Source: Octopus sinensis (taxonomy: Eukaryota). Taken from it: 64,000 nucleotides of DNA. The position numbers and the translations under genes were made by a program. Each line of letters begins with the position of its first letter. The stretch's first letter is position 1. Location of the stretch: NCBI RefSeq assembly GCF_006345805.1, contig NC_043007.1, positions 53,196,001-53,260,000 on the forward strand. Reading direction: 5' to 3'. Under the pieces are notes generated by a model, which was not told where the DNA came from, did not search any database, and saw only the letters and a list, made by a program, of their open reading frames with translations. Of the stretch, positions 1 to 12,600 are shown piece after piece.

Positions 1-261
1 GTATGATAAACCACTTAATGTCATAATCAAATGCATCCTGCCTTAAAGTCTGAATGAGCTTGGACAAAGATGTGCAATTAGTCTTAGCTTCTAATCAAAA
101 ACTAAAGTAATGGTTATGCAATCTCACCTTGAAGTTCATGCTGCAGGCAATCAATAAATATATTGAGATACATTTGTAGTTACCTGTATACAATGTTTAC
201 AGCAAGGCATTTATAGTCCGAGGTGCTGGAGATTATGTATTTACAGTTACAAAATCATTCG

Positions 262-589
262 TTATATGCATGTAGGGTGCAAAGGGGTGGGGCTGCCATT
301 ATCAGTATTATGATAGGCCGAGTTGCATGAGCCAACAGGGTTGTTAGGGTGAGTATTGTTACTATTGATATTGTAAACAGCACCACCCCTGTCACTTATG
401 TTATAGTCCACTGGTATAGACATATCTCTAGGCCTGTTAGGTGGAAAGAGCTGTGTACCCAATGCAGTGTGGTCAAAGTAGGTGCCAGTTTCTCCCCCAG
501 CCTGAAGAAAATCCACAGGGTCATTATGCATGGGTTTGGGGCTGGAGGGTATCACACAGATATTGTTGCTAGTACATTTTCCATTTATT
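262..589 (-). CDS. Candidate terminal coding exon of an unidentified host gene
   Basis: Open frame INGKCTSNN...PTPLHPTCI* in non-repetitive DNA, preceded on the minus strand by a pyrimidine-rich tttgtcccatatcAG acceptor at 590-591. No recognisable domain. Confidence 0.3.
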
Positions 590-821
590 CTGATATGGGA
601 CAAAGTGTATAACATATGCCAGTTAATAAACTTTGTTGATCAAGTATCATCTGCTTTTTGTCATCTATACAAGCCATGTTCATGCTTGATGCTTACTAGT
701 TTCCTGTACCAAGAAATTTTTGGATCACACTACTTTATCACTGTGTGTGTGTGTGCGTGTGTGCACATGTGTGTATGCATGCGTGTGTGTGTATGAATGT
801 ATATGTATAAATATATGTATA

Positions 822-1065
822 CAGGGTGGACTAAGTCACTGAGGAGTTTTCATTTTTAATAACTCCCTTATTTTTACAAATAGGTATATAAAATTTTAAT
901 TCAATATAGAGGAGATAATGGAGATTAATTTGCTTTAGTCCTTTTTCATCATACCTCTGCATTATGTATGAAAAATTACATCTTTTAACTGGAGTTCATT
1001 TTCAGCTTCACACATCCACGCCCTTTGGCTGCATGACTTCCTTAAAGACAGCAGTCAGGTAGTTG
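822..1065 (-). mobile_element. Possible Tc1/mariner terminal remnant
   Basis: Begins TA-CAGGGTGG, a Tc1/mariner-like end. The minus strand gives a weak transposase C-terminus-like translation (LTAVFKEVMQ). Confidence 0.3.
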
Positions 1066-1074
1066 CAGTCAACT

Positions 1075-2385
1075 GAGGAGACTGAAATCCTAAGTGGCAT
1101 CCCCCAGGGAACTGTTCTGGGGCCATTACTGTTCATAATAGCCCTCTTAGACAAGCATAGTCACTTGGACAGCCACTGTCACTAGCTATGCCAATGATAC
1201 AAGATTATCGCCGGCAATAAAAAATCAAGATGACATCACACACTTACAGTAGGACCTGAATTTGATATGCAGTTTATTGCTGGAAAATTTCAAGCCCTGC
1301 ACTATCAACTCACAAATGCACTACAGCCTGCATATACAGGATCCAAAGGCACTACAATCCCAGAGTCACCGGTAATGAAAGACTTGGGGATCAGTATGTG
1401 CAATGATGTATAATTTTATATGCACATTACCAAGATGGCAGCAAAGTGCAAATAACTGGCAGGATGGATACTGAGGTCCTTCAAGACAAGAGACTAAAAA
1501 AACTATGTTGACCCTGTGGAGATCCTTTGTTCTCAGCTGCCTGGACTACTACTTCTGGTTATTGTCACCACATAGTGCCAAACTAACACCACTACACTAA
1601 AAAGATAGAAACAGTGCAGTGGATGAGCTACAGGGATAGGCTGAGAATGAAGGTGTGAGAAATATGCAATAATCTACGTATGGAAAACTCTAGAAGGGCT
1701 CGTACCTAATTTCGGCATTGAGTATTATACAAATGCCAGAAATGGCTGCTGTTGTATTGTACCAAAGGTACCATCCACTCCATCTAAATTCAGGACCAGG
1801 TACTGCAATAAACTAGAGTTCAAAGGCCCACAGCTCTTCAATGCGGTGCCATAAAAATTAAGAAATCTGCATAAGGTGGAAGTAGAGGTCTTCAAAAAGG
1901 AACTAAACATCCTCCCCTCCACAATACCGGATGAACCAACAGCCCAACATGAGGTGCAGGCAGGAGCAGTGGAATCAAACTCCCTTATACACCAACAGCT
2001 GGGACAAAGGCACATACAGGAGTGGTGATGTGAAACATCCCAGATTGAAGAAATCAGAAAGACCATGGTGGTGTTCCAGCATGACCACAGTTGCATGGCT
2101 GAAACAAGTATGATATATATACGTGGACATGCCTACAAAGTGGACATGCCTACAAAGTCAGAAAACAACACAGCTCCCATGACTTTCGGAAACATTTTTT
2201 CACGCTCAGAGTTGCTGAAGCATGGAATAAACTGCCTGCGTCAGTTGTTGACTGCCATGACACTGCATCCTTTAAGGCCTTCATGCTTTCCGAAATCCGC
2301 CGAAACTACACCTGATTATATATACACTTTAGATGAGTTGTAGTGCACCTGAGCACTGTACACAATTATTATTATTATTATTATA
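1075..2385 (+). mobile_element. Decayed 5'-truncated CR1/L2-superclade LINE (RT C-terminal half, 3'UTR, (TTA)n tail)
   Basis: SGIPQGTVLGPLLF at ~1093, SYANDT (degenerate YADD), MLTLWRSFVLS..DY, YAIIYVWKTLEGLVPN. Multiple stops and frameshifts. Ends in attattatt. Confidence 0.85.
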
Positions 2386-2789
2386 TATATTTAATCATCA
2401 AATTTGTAGGAGTGTTAGTGCATCAGATAAAATGTTTTGCAACATTTTTCCAACCCCTTATATTTTAAGTTCCCACTATTAAATGAATCATATCCAACAC
2501 ACAAACAGCATAAAATATACAGACACCAACAAGCAAACATGCACACACACTTACATACATACAGTATATACATGTGTGTAGCAACAGGAAAGTAATCGAG
2601 CTGTAAAACAATACATCAGTAATGTATCTTCATTTTACCCATGATAATATAGAACAGAAGTAAAATGCACAGAAAGCTGTATCTACATATACATAAGGAA
2701 ATATGAAAAGTCCTCATTAAAATAGATCAAACTTGAATATAACCATGTTTTTGATATAACATGTTTCAATGAAAATCTGTCTTCTAGCA

Positions 2790-3520
2790 ACACCAGTACA
2801 CATGTTTTACAGTGCAAATATGGTGAGAGAAAAGTTGGGCATAAAAAGAATCAGATGTAGTGTGCAAGAAAGAAGATTGCACATGTTCATATGATGCATA
2901 TGGATGGGAGCAGCTGCATAAAGAAGTACCAACTGTTAAATGTGAATGGAACTTGGAAAATCCAGGCAAACATGGGATAAAGTAGTGAAGACCATCCTCC
3001 AGATGTTGTACCACATAGAGGTGATGACAAAGGACTGAGATAATTGACATTTCACTGAAATATGAGGTCTCTTATATTCACTTTCTTGAACTGCCATCTT
3101 TATCTCATCACTGCCATCTTTACCTCATCACTGCCATCTTTATCTCTTTTTCCAGCTCACTCATACACACCCATATGTAATGCAAAGTATCCAGTATCTC
3201 CTCTATAGCAAGACACCTCTATCATATTTTATCCTCTTAACATCTGACATAAAGCTACCTTCCTTTCTACTACACCCCCACTCACTCAAGGCAGCTTTTT
3301 TGTCTTGCGAGTTATTTGCCAGTTCCATGGAAAGAAACATCCTCTTCACTCTGTAAAGTGGTTGGTATTAAGAAATGCATGCAACCTTAGAAGCCAAGCC
3401 AAAGCAGTCACTGGAGCTAGGCACAGTCCTTCAGCTTGTCAGATCCTGTTGACCTGTGTAACTTGGAAGTTAAATGATGATGGTGATGGTGGTGGTGATG
3501 ATGATGATGATGATGAAGCA
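2790..3520 (+). mobile_element. Decayed RTE-type LINE 3' end with (GAT)n tail
   Basis: VREKLGIKRIRCSVQERRL and KTWDKVVK-like motifs. The 3'UTR ends gttaaatgatgatggtgat..., like the tail of the SINE at 58320-58640. Confidence 0.6.
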
Positions 3521-3769
3521 GCAGCAACAGCATATACATATATACGTATGTACATTAATACATACATACAATGCATAATAAGTGTAGGTATGACTGTGAG
3601 GGTAAGAAATTCACTTCACATGGTCTTGGGTTATCTCCCACTGCCTGGTTACTTGGTATAACCCCAAACCAACAAATACCTTGTGAATGAATTTGGAAAA
3701 TCGAAACTTTATGTGTGTGTGTGTATGTGTATACAAGTATATATGTGTCTACATATTACTATTGCCAAT

Positions 3770-4590
3770 AGTAACAAAGCTAAAGCACACAGAGTGAAGC
3801 TGCTTGGCACAAATTTACCTTGATTTCTGCTGTGCATGCACACTAAGTTTTAACATTCTAGCTCACTTCTGCTGTTTACAGCAGTGCTTGGAAGGAAGAT
3901 GTGTAGTATGTGATTGTCACATTGACCATGACAGAGAAAGTTGAGCAGAGAATCTGCATCAAATTTTGCCAAAATCTTGGCAATACCTGCTCAGAGGCCT
4001 ATGCAAAGTTTTCAAAAAGTTTTCATCATTCTCGACACAATCAAGGAGATCTTGTACAACTGAAACTTGAGGTTATCTTTTTGGTCGTCTGAGAGCAGTT
4101 TTTGGCACAAACTTGGCAGACATGCATCTCATACCCCAATATCTAATGATTATGAACTGAACTGAATGGTAACTAATCTGCATATCCTCTGATAACTCAC
4201 GGTTGGTGAGTCATTAATTTCCCCTCACAGATGCATGCATGTCTGCAATGTTTTCCTCAATTCTGCTTACTGCAAGTCTCCCAGAACGTTCGTCAATATC
4301 GACATATTGTCAGCCATCTTGGAAACATCTGAACCACTCGTATACTTGTGTGTGGCTCATACACTTCTCTTTATACACAACTTTGCATAGACCTCTGAAC
4401 AGGTATCATCATGATAATTTTCTCTGTCATGGTCAATGTGACAATCACACTCTACACACCTTCCTTCTAAGCACTGCTGTAAACAGAGTAAGTGAGCTAG
4501 AGTTCAAGGTCAATGTGTGCAAAGTGGCTTCACTCTGCATGCTTTAGCATGTAGCAACTGTCTGGATACTTATTGATCAGACCTTGCATA
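3770..4590. mobile_element. Mariner-derived fold-back element (two 5' halves in inverted orientation)
   Basis: Plus strand MTEKVEQRICIKFCQNLG (mariner N-terminus). Minus strand VYEWFRCFQDG..DERSGR HTH motifs. Arms 3779-4012 and 4378-4547 are reverse complements. TIR-like ggtctgatcaataagtatcc near 4565-4587 (-). Confidence 0.8.
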
Positions 4591-5399
4591 TGTATCTGTG
4601 TTTTGAACATTTGTGCTTCTCTAAAGAGTATTGAGCTACACGCATTGACTTTGTTATCATTTTTCTTTTTCCTCACACTTTTGATGGAATAAGATAACCC
4701 TGACTTCAAAAATAAATAAAGTTTAGTGATGCCTCAATGATATATTCATGTAATCCACAATTGCATGGAGAAACAAGTATGAAAAAGAGCAGATGTGTGT
4801 ATGTGTGTGTTAGTATTTTGCTTAGCTAGTTAGTTCATTTTGAAATTTTGCATTTCTAATATATTGTACTCTATTAGTTTTTAGGTGTCATTTGTACTAG
4901 ATGCAGATTACATAATGAGGTCTAGCCATTGGTATTATTATTTGAAATCTGTCCAACTTGATTGAAGTGTAATTATTTTGACTGATGTGCTGAGATATTT
5001 TAAACATTCTGAGTGGAACTTTTGACTGAAATGCTGAGATATTTTTAAGTGGAACTTTAATGTTGAGCAAGAAGATCAAGCCACTCCCTGCTTTTATCAC
5101 TTATTGAGTGTTTTTTTTTTATTATTGTTTCATTACCAAAATATTGTGTGTTTATATGAAGTTCTCACAAATAACGTTGTTGATTGTATTTGTGAGAATA
5201 TTTTTTCAAGCAACTCCTTTTTTAGATGCTTTATAGTGTATATTTTCTAGTTAGTTTGTTTACGGTTAATGCAACGCTACTTATTATGTTTCCTATTTGG
5301 AAATAGATAAAATTATTTAGCTTTTAAAGTAGGGATATATAATGATAAAACCGTCACATAACTTACTTAAGTGTTATCTTTATACGTAAGTCCTAACTA

Positions 5400-5800
5400 C
5401 ACCTATATAAATGCCATAGAGAAATATACTTTCTGGAATGCTAACGAACATAACCGAGCATGTATGTTAAATATATTTTCGTGTTCTTTTAACCGCTATA
5501 AAAAAATAACAGACTGGAATTGTTAGCCCGTCTCTTGTAATTTCGATCAATTGTATCTTGTCCTCCCTCTTGTATAGAAGTGTGGCTACAATCCAGCCTA
5601 CCTCTACTTCGGGAGGGGTGGGGGCATTTAAAATTTTTTTCCGGGACGTCCTACGTCCCAGATATAAAGGTAAAAATAGAATATTTCCTCTTTGCAAGTT
5701 CGAGTTGAGTACTCCCTTGCACACTCCGTTGACTCGAACCTTGCTTCTATTGTGGCGAATTTACCGCCTCTGATTAGATACCTTCCATAGTCGCACCAAG
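5400..5800 (-). mobile_element. ORF1 fragment of the Tx1/L1-like family also at 30.4 kb and 37.6 kb
   Basis: LPLYLGRRTS...PPEVEVGWIVA matches LPVYMRRRTS...PPEVDA (30746) and LPIYIGRRKS...PPEVDAAWLVA (37975). Confidence 0.6.
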
Positions 5801-6109
5801 ACACTTTTCAAAGGTGCTTTCCTCCATGTGTTCAAATATTTTTTTTCCTCTACATTGTATACTTTATAGACAATAGTCTTTTCTGTAATTTAATTTTTTA
5901 TTATCCATCTGGACTATTCCATTTCTGCACGGTAATTTTATTTTTAGTTTATTCCCATTCATGTGAAACCACTTATTCAAGTTCAAGTCATTGATGCAAT
6001 TTTATACCAATTGCTATTTTTATTTTTGTTATGTTACAATTATATTATACTTTAGTTTGATTTTAATTATTACTTACTACATATAATTCAATTGTTATTA
6101 TTATTTTTA

Positions 6110-6378
6110 TTGTCAAAGTGAAAGTATCTGATATAAAATAGAGAAACGTTTTTGTTTCACTTTTAACACGTAATACTGAAATAGTGGAGAAGATATGATA
6201 TTGCTATGGGTTCGCTCTAGGCAAGAAGTTGAACATTTTTTTTGCCCATGAAACTACATGAACCCTAAGTAAGGCATGTGTAAAATTTGAATGGAATTGG
6301 TTGTGTAGTTCTCAAGTTTTAGGGAAACACACAGACAGACAGACAGACACACATTCTCAGTTTTATATATATAAAGAT
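6110..6378 (-). mobile_element. Non-autonomous Helitron-like element, 5' portion
   Basis: Minus strand starts TC..TATATATAAAACTGAGAATGTG followed by (CTGT)n. A reverse-complement copy lies at 60447-60700. Confidence 0.55.
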
Positions 6379-7854
6379 AATGATGTTACTCTTAAGTTTT
6401 TGTTCAGGTTTTAAGAATTAAATATTACTTAAGAATTAATATATTCCTGCTTATGTTGATAACTGATGTAGCACTTATGTGCTTCTTCAGTTATAAAAAC
6501 TTTAATTCAATTGAATTTTAATTCATTTCCATTATTCAACAAGCATAAATATTTATATGTTATTAACATACTTGCTTAATCTTTTTAACAAAAGTGGAAT
6601 CCATTTTAATTTATTTTTTTTATCTATTATAGCACAGATTTGGAGCTGATCTCCAACATGAGTTACTGCCAAATTTAAAAAGAGAACTCAGCACTGTCGC
6701 ATCAACAAATTGCGGGAAAGTTGCATACATTTTTGTCAAAAGACTACAGGGAGAGGTGCTGAAAATACTTCAATGAAAAGACAAAGAAACCATATTCTGT
6801 TATTCTTTTAGTAGTTTCCATAATTTGACTGCAGCCAAGTTTTGTATTTGATCAAATCAATCTCAGTACTATTTTATGAAAAGTTTAAGTTGCCATTTTT
6901 GGCACAAACGAATGTAACTCAACACACCATTTAACAAATGTAAACATAAATATACATGAACATAGGCACACACAAATACATATATTTATATATATCTTAT
7001 TATCATCAATCGTCATCTAATAGTCTACCACCTTCTCTCTCTCTCTTCCTTTACTCTCTTCTCTTTCACTGTCTTACTCTCACCACAACACTTCTATCAC
7101 TTCACTAAAATTCTCTTATGTCTTTTTCAACTGGAGATGAGGCAATTCTCTGATGCAAGGGAACAGAGAAAGACAATATGTGAAGAGGTACCAAAAAGTA
7201 ACCAGAAACTGCAACATCTGCATAAAAAACATCTCTTGTATTAGAAAATATCTGGAGAGATGTTGTAACCAAGATTTCATGTTACCATCAAAGCCACAGA
7301 ATGGAATTTTGGAAATTTGAGAACTAAAGAGGCTGTCCTTAATTAAAGGTTGTTCCAGTCATAGATAAGAATTGTGCAGTGATAATTATCTGAACCTACC
7401 AATCTGTCCATGTCACATCACCCTCATTTCCCCATATGTCTGTGCAGATTAGAGCTATGCTTAGTCTCCATTTTGTTTTCATAAGGGCTTTTAAGCTAAA
7501 ATATTGTAATATAAGGTAAAAGTGTAAATATTTTTCACTCCTGTATTTTTAACATACATTATTGTAGCTTTTAAAATCACTTTGAACTCTATTTAATAAC
7601 CTTTTAAACAAATAAACTCCCTAATATTAATGTATATTTTAATAGGAATTAAAAAAATATAATCAATTCATTGAGTTGAAATATTTTTAAAGGCATTTTA
7701 TATTCATTTTTTGATTTTGGATTTGGTTTGCAAGATTCTTTATGTGAGTTCGTGTGTTGAAGCATATTCTGTTGTGTCTGAGGAGAGTCATTCTCTTTTA
7801 GTGCCTTATAATTTAACACGCTCACTGGTAAAATTTCCACTCATTTACTTTTTT

Positions 7855-8174
7855 ATGCCACCACCATCACCACATCATCATCATCATCATCATCATCATA
7901 GACATCACCATCACCATCCTCACCATCACCATCCTCACCACCACCATTATCCTCCTCCTCACCACCACCATGGCATCATCATCATCATCATAGTCATCAC
8001 CATCCTCAGCACTGTTATCCTCCTCTTCACTGCCACCACCACCACCACAACCACCACATTTCATCGTTATCAATACCATCATCATCATAGTCATCACCAT
8101 CACCATCCTCATCACCACCACCATTATCCTCCTTCTCCTTCTCACCACCACCACCATCATCAGTTGATAAGTGG

Positions 8175-8205
<31 letters not shown>

Positions 8206-8215
8206 GGTCGAAGGA
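7855..8215. repeat. Compound (CAT/CAC)n followed by (GGT)n trinucleotide repeat; partial second copy at 8715-8810
   Basis: Visible directly. The same unique flank ggtcgaaggacagag follows both copies. Confidence 0.95.
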
Positions 8216-8553
8216 CAGAGCACTATTAAATTATTCACTAGTATTTAACTGGAAGAAGTTTTTTCACTCAGCAGAAAATAATAATAAACAAAAAAACATA
8301 AATAAACCATAAAAAACATGAAAAATTTATTGATTTAGACATATACATACATATATGTGTGTGTGTGTGTGTATTCATTAGTGATAGAAGCAGAAATAGT
8401 TCAAAATAGCAATCTGTGTATTATACTCAAGCAGATATATCATTCAAACTGTAGTATTTATGTTGAGATAGTATCCTCTTATTGACATATAGTGTTAAAA
8501 AACACAGAAATGTATCAGTAGCAGATAATAATTGGCCAGCAACGATGGTGATA

Positions 8554-8598
8554 TTGCTATAGACATATTTCTGCCTCTTTTGGCTTCATCAGTAGCAA
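8554..8598 (-). ncRNA. Degenerate minimal type I hammerhead ribozyme-like motif
   Basis: Minus strand TTGCTA-CTGATGA-aGCCaaaagaGGCa-GAAA-tat-GTC-taTAGCAA. Core, stem II and stem I complementarity are present, but 10.1/11.1 is an A-A mismatch. Confidence 0.5.
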
Positions 8599-8879
8599 GT
8601 ATCACCCAGCATCACATGCTAAAAGAAAGTCAGATGCTTTTATTCTAGTAAAACAGTAATTGCAATATGAGTTATTTTTCAATCACTGCTTTGATGGCAG
8701 TTGATGTTCTCTTAGTCATCACCATTACCATCCTCACCACCACCACCATTATCCTCCTCCTCACCACCACTACCACCATCAGGTGGTGGTGGTGGTGGTG
8801 GTCGAAGGACAGAGTACTATTAATTAAATCATTCACTAGTAAGCACATAAATGCGAAACAAGGGGGAAAAAATAGTGGA

Positions 8880-8990
8880 AAAAAAGGCAAAGTCAACCTC
8901 GGCAGAATTTGAACTCAGAACATGAAGACAAATGAAATACCGCTAAGTATTTCACTCAGTGTGCTAATGTTTCTGCCAGTTCGGCACCTT
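8880..8990 (-). mobile_element. tRNA-derived SINE 5' part (same family as 27400 and 44742)
   Basis: Reverse complement ctgagttcaaattctgccgaggttgactttgcc: B-box plus the start of the central domain. Confidence 0.7.
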
Positions 8991-9639
8991 ATACATGCAT
9001 ACACACACACACATTCAGAACGTAGAAAAATTGACATTAAACCAATAAAACATTAAAAATTATTTTTGTGAGTTAATGACTTGGCCATCAGATATTTTCC
9101 AGTCTGTGTAACTCATAATATCAATTTATTTCAATTTATTCGATGCATAACTTTGCCAGTCCTTCTTGGCAGCTGGATTAACTGGACTCAGATGCATGAG
9201 TGTCTCAATACGAAGGTAGGAGAAAACATCCTGCTGTAAGCCTTTGACCGCTTTTGATGCATTCTCGCTGGCAAAGTTGCCGAGGTCAATAACAAGCTTC
9301 ACCTGTAACAAATGTACCACCTGCAGGAAAGAATGGTTGCATACTGCTCATTAACTGTTTGCGTTCTTTGATTTTTAGTTTTCCTGGTGTAATGTTTTCA
9401 TCTAAAGTTTTCATGAACAGAAGTGGGCAGAGGTTGTGTACATAACAGTCTTGAAGAATACTTCTGGGGTTCCAGAAAGAATTTTGAAGAGTTACCAAAA
9501 CCTTTGACTACTGACCTATTGCAAAGACAAAAATAAATGAATAAAAAACAAAATTTTTTTAAATAGGAAAAGGCAATGAGAAGTGGTGTGGTCTTCATTA
9601 ATCACAATAAAGATGCAAGCAGATGGTAGAGGGAGCCTT

Positions 9640-12600
9640 ATGTACTCTGCATGTGTGCACTTATGTATGCATGCATGTACATATATATGTACGCATGTAT
9701 GTATGCCTGCATGTATGTTTGCATGTATGTATGCATGTATGTATTTATGTATATGTGTATCTACGTATGTATAAATGCATGCTTGCATGTATGTATACAT
9801 GTATGTATGCCTGTATACATGTATGTATGCATGCATGCATTCATGTATGTATGTATGTTTGTACGTATGTATGTATGCTTGCATGTATGTATGTATGCAT
9901 GCATCTATGTATGCATGCATGTATGTATCATTTATGTATACATGCATGTATGCATGCATATATGCATACATGTATGCATGCATATATGCATGTATGTATT
10001 ATGCATGCATATATGCATGTTTGTATGTATGCATGCATGTATGCATGCATGAGTGCATGTATGTAAGAGTGTATGTACGTATGTATGTATGCATGTAGGT
10101 ATGTATATATCTGCATGTATGTATGTATGCATGTATGTATTCATGGATGTACGTATGCATGTATATATACATGTACTCATGTATGTATGTACGTATGCAT
10201 GTAGGTATGTATATATCTATGCGTGTATGTATTCTTGGATGTATGTATGTACGCATGTATTATTGCATGGACGTAATCTTGCCTGTATGTATGCATGCAT
10301 ACATGCATGCACAAATACATGCATACATACATACATACGTATATACATCCATACATACATGCATTAATACATGCATGCATACATACATATATGCATGCAT
10401 ATGTGCATATATGCATACATACGTGTATATATGCATACATACAAGCATATATACATGCATAAATACATAAAAGCATGCATACATACATGCATGTATACAT
10501 ACATGCATGTATACATAAATAGTACATACACACATGTATACATAGGTGCATGCATACATACATACATGCATACATATATACGTACATACATACATGCATA
10601 CATACCTGCATGCAAACATACATACATGCATGCATACATACATATATACATTCATGTATACATACATGCATGTATACATGCATAGTACATAATTACACAC
10701 ATGCATATATTGGTGCATACATACATACATGCATGCATACATATATGCATGAATACATGAATGCATGCATACATACAAACGTACATACATACATGAATAC
10801 ATACATATATACATGCATACATACATGTATACATGCATGCATACATGAAATGCATGCATTTATGTATACATGTATACATGCATGCATGTAGGCATGCTTA
10901 CATACATATATATATAAATAAATACATTTATACATACATACATACATGCAAAAATACATGCATGCATACATATATGCGTACATGTATATATACATGCATA
11001 CATAAAGGCTTGCATGCATATATGCATGCATACATATGTAGATGCATGCATACTGCATACCTACACACATGCATGTATACATACTTAGTACATACAGACA
11101 TGCATACACAGATGCATGCATGCTTACATACATACATGTATACATACATACATGTATACATACATGCTTCCCATATATATATATATATGCAAATGCATGC
11201 ATATATGCATACATAAAAACATACATACAGGAATGCATGCATTCATAAATACATGCATACCTACATGTATACATGCAGACATACATGTATACATGCATAC
11301 ATACATGGATGCATGCATGCAAACATACATACATATATAAAGAAATGCATGCATATTTACATGCATACATACATGCATGCATATATGTATACATGTATAT
11401 ATATAAATGCGTGCATTCATACATACATGCATACATACATGGATAGATATATACATACATGCATTCATTCATACATGCATACATACATACATGCATACAA
11501 ACATACGTACATACATTCATACATACATACATGCATACATGTATACATACGAACATACATACATGAGTGGCTGCATGCATACATAGGTACATACATGAAT
11601 GCATACATGTATGTATGCATACATATATGCAAAAATACATACATGCATACATGTATAGATATATATATACACACATACATGCATGCATACATACATACAT
11701 GAATACATACATGCATGTATGCATGCATACATCCAAGCATACATAATGTATACATGCATACAGATGTGCTTGCATACATACATACAAACATACATGCATG
11801 CTTACATACATGCATGCTTGCCTCTATACATACAAACAAACATACATGAATTCATACATACATAGATGCATACATGTATTCATGCATACATACATATATA
11901 CATAGATATATACATGCATGCATTCATTTGTGCGCACATACACACATACACTCATGCATGCATACATACATGAATATATACATACAACCATGCATGACTG
12001 CATACATACATTCATACATACATGCATGCATACATTCATGTATGCACGTGTATATATATGTACGTATGTATGTATGCATATATGTATGTATTTATCTATG
12101 TATGCATGGAACTATTCATGCATGCATGTATGTATGTGTGCATGCATGTATGCATATATGCATGCATACATGTTTCTATGTATGCATGTCTATATGCATG
12201 CATGTATGTATGTATGCGTTCTTGTATGTATGTATATATGTACTTCTGTATGTATGTGTGTATATATGTATGTATGTACACATGCAGTCATGTATGCATA
12301 CATGTACGTATGCATGTATACATGTATGTACGCATTCATAAATGCATGTATGTATATAAGCATGCATGCATACATTCTTGCAGGCATGTATGTATGAATG
12401 CGTTAATATATGTAGGTTTGTGTGTATATATGTAAGTATGCATGCATGCATGTATGTATGCATGTATGCATGTGTTTATGTATGTATGTACGTATCTATG
12501 TAGGTATATATGTATGCAAGAATGCATGTATTTATGTATGTATTATGTATGTATGTTTGAATGCATGCAAGTTTGTGTGTATATATGCATGCTTGCATAC

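Noticed and set aside
6457-6493. CTGAAGA plus stem-loop on the minus strand
   Set aside because: No GAAA follows; it is just a small palindrome.
7711-8238. Poly-His/Pro/Gly 172-aa ORF and its antisense partner
   Set aside because: Trinucleotide repeat, partly duplicated nearby, with no domain or splice evidence.
9126-9516. Candidate minus-strand exon after a strong polypyrimidine/AG at ~9517
   Set aside because: All three frames stop early after the acceptor, no donor is identifiable and there is no domain similarity.
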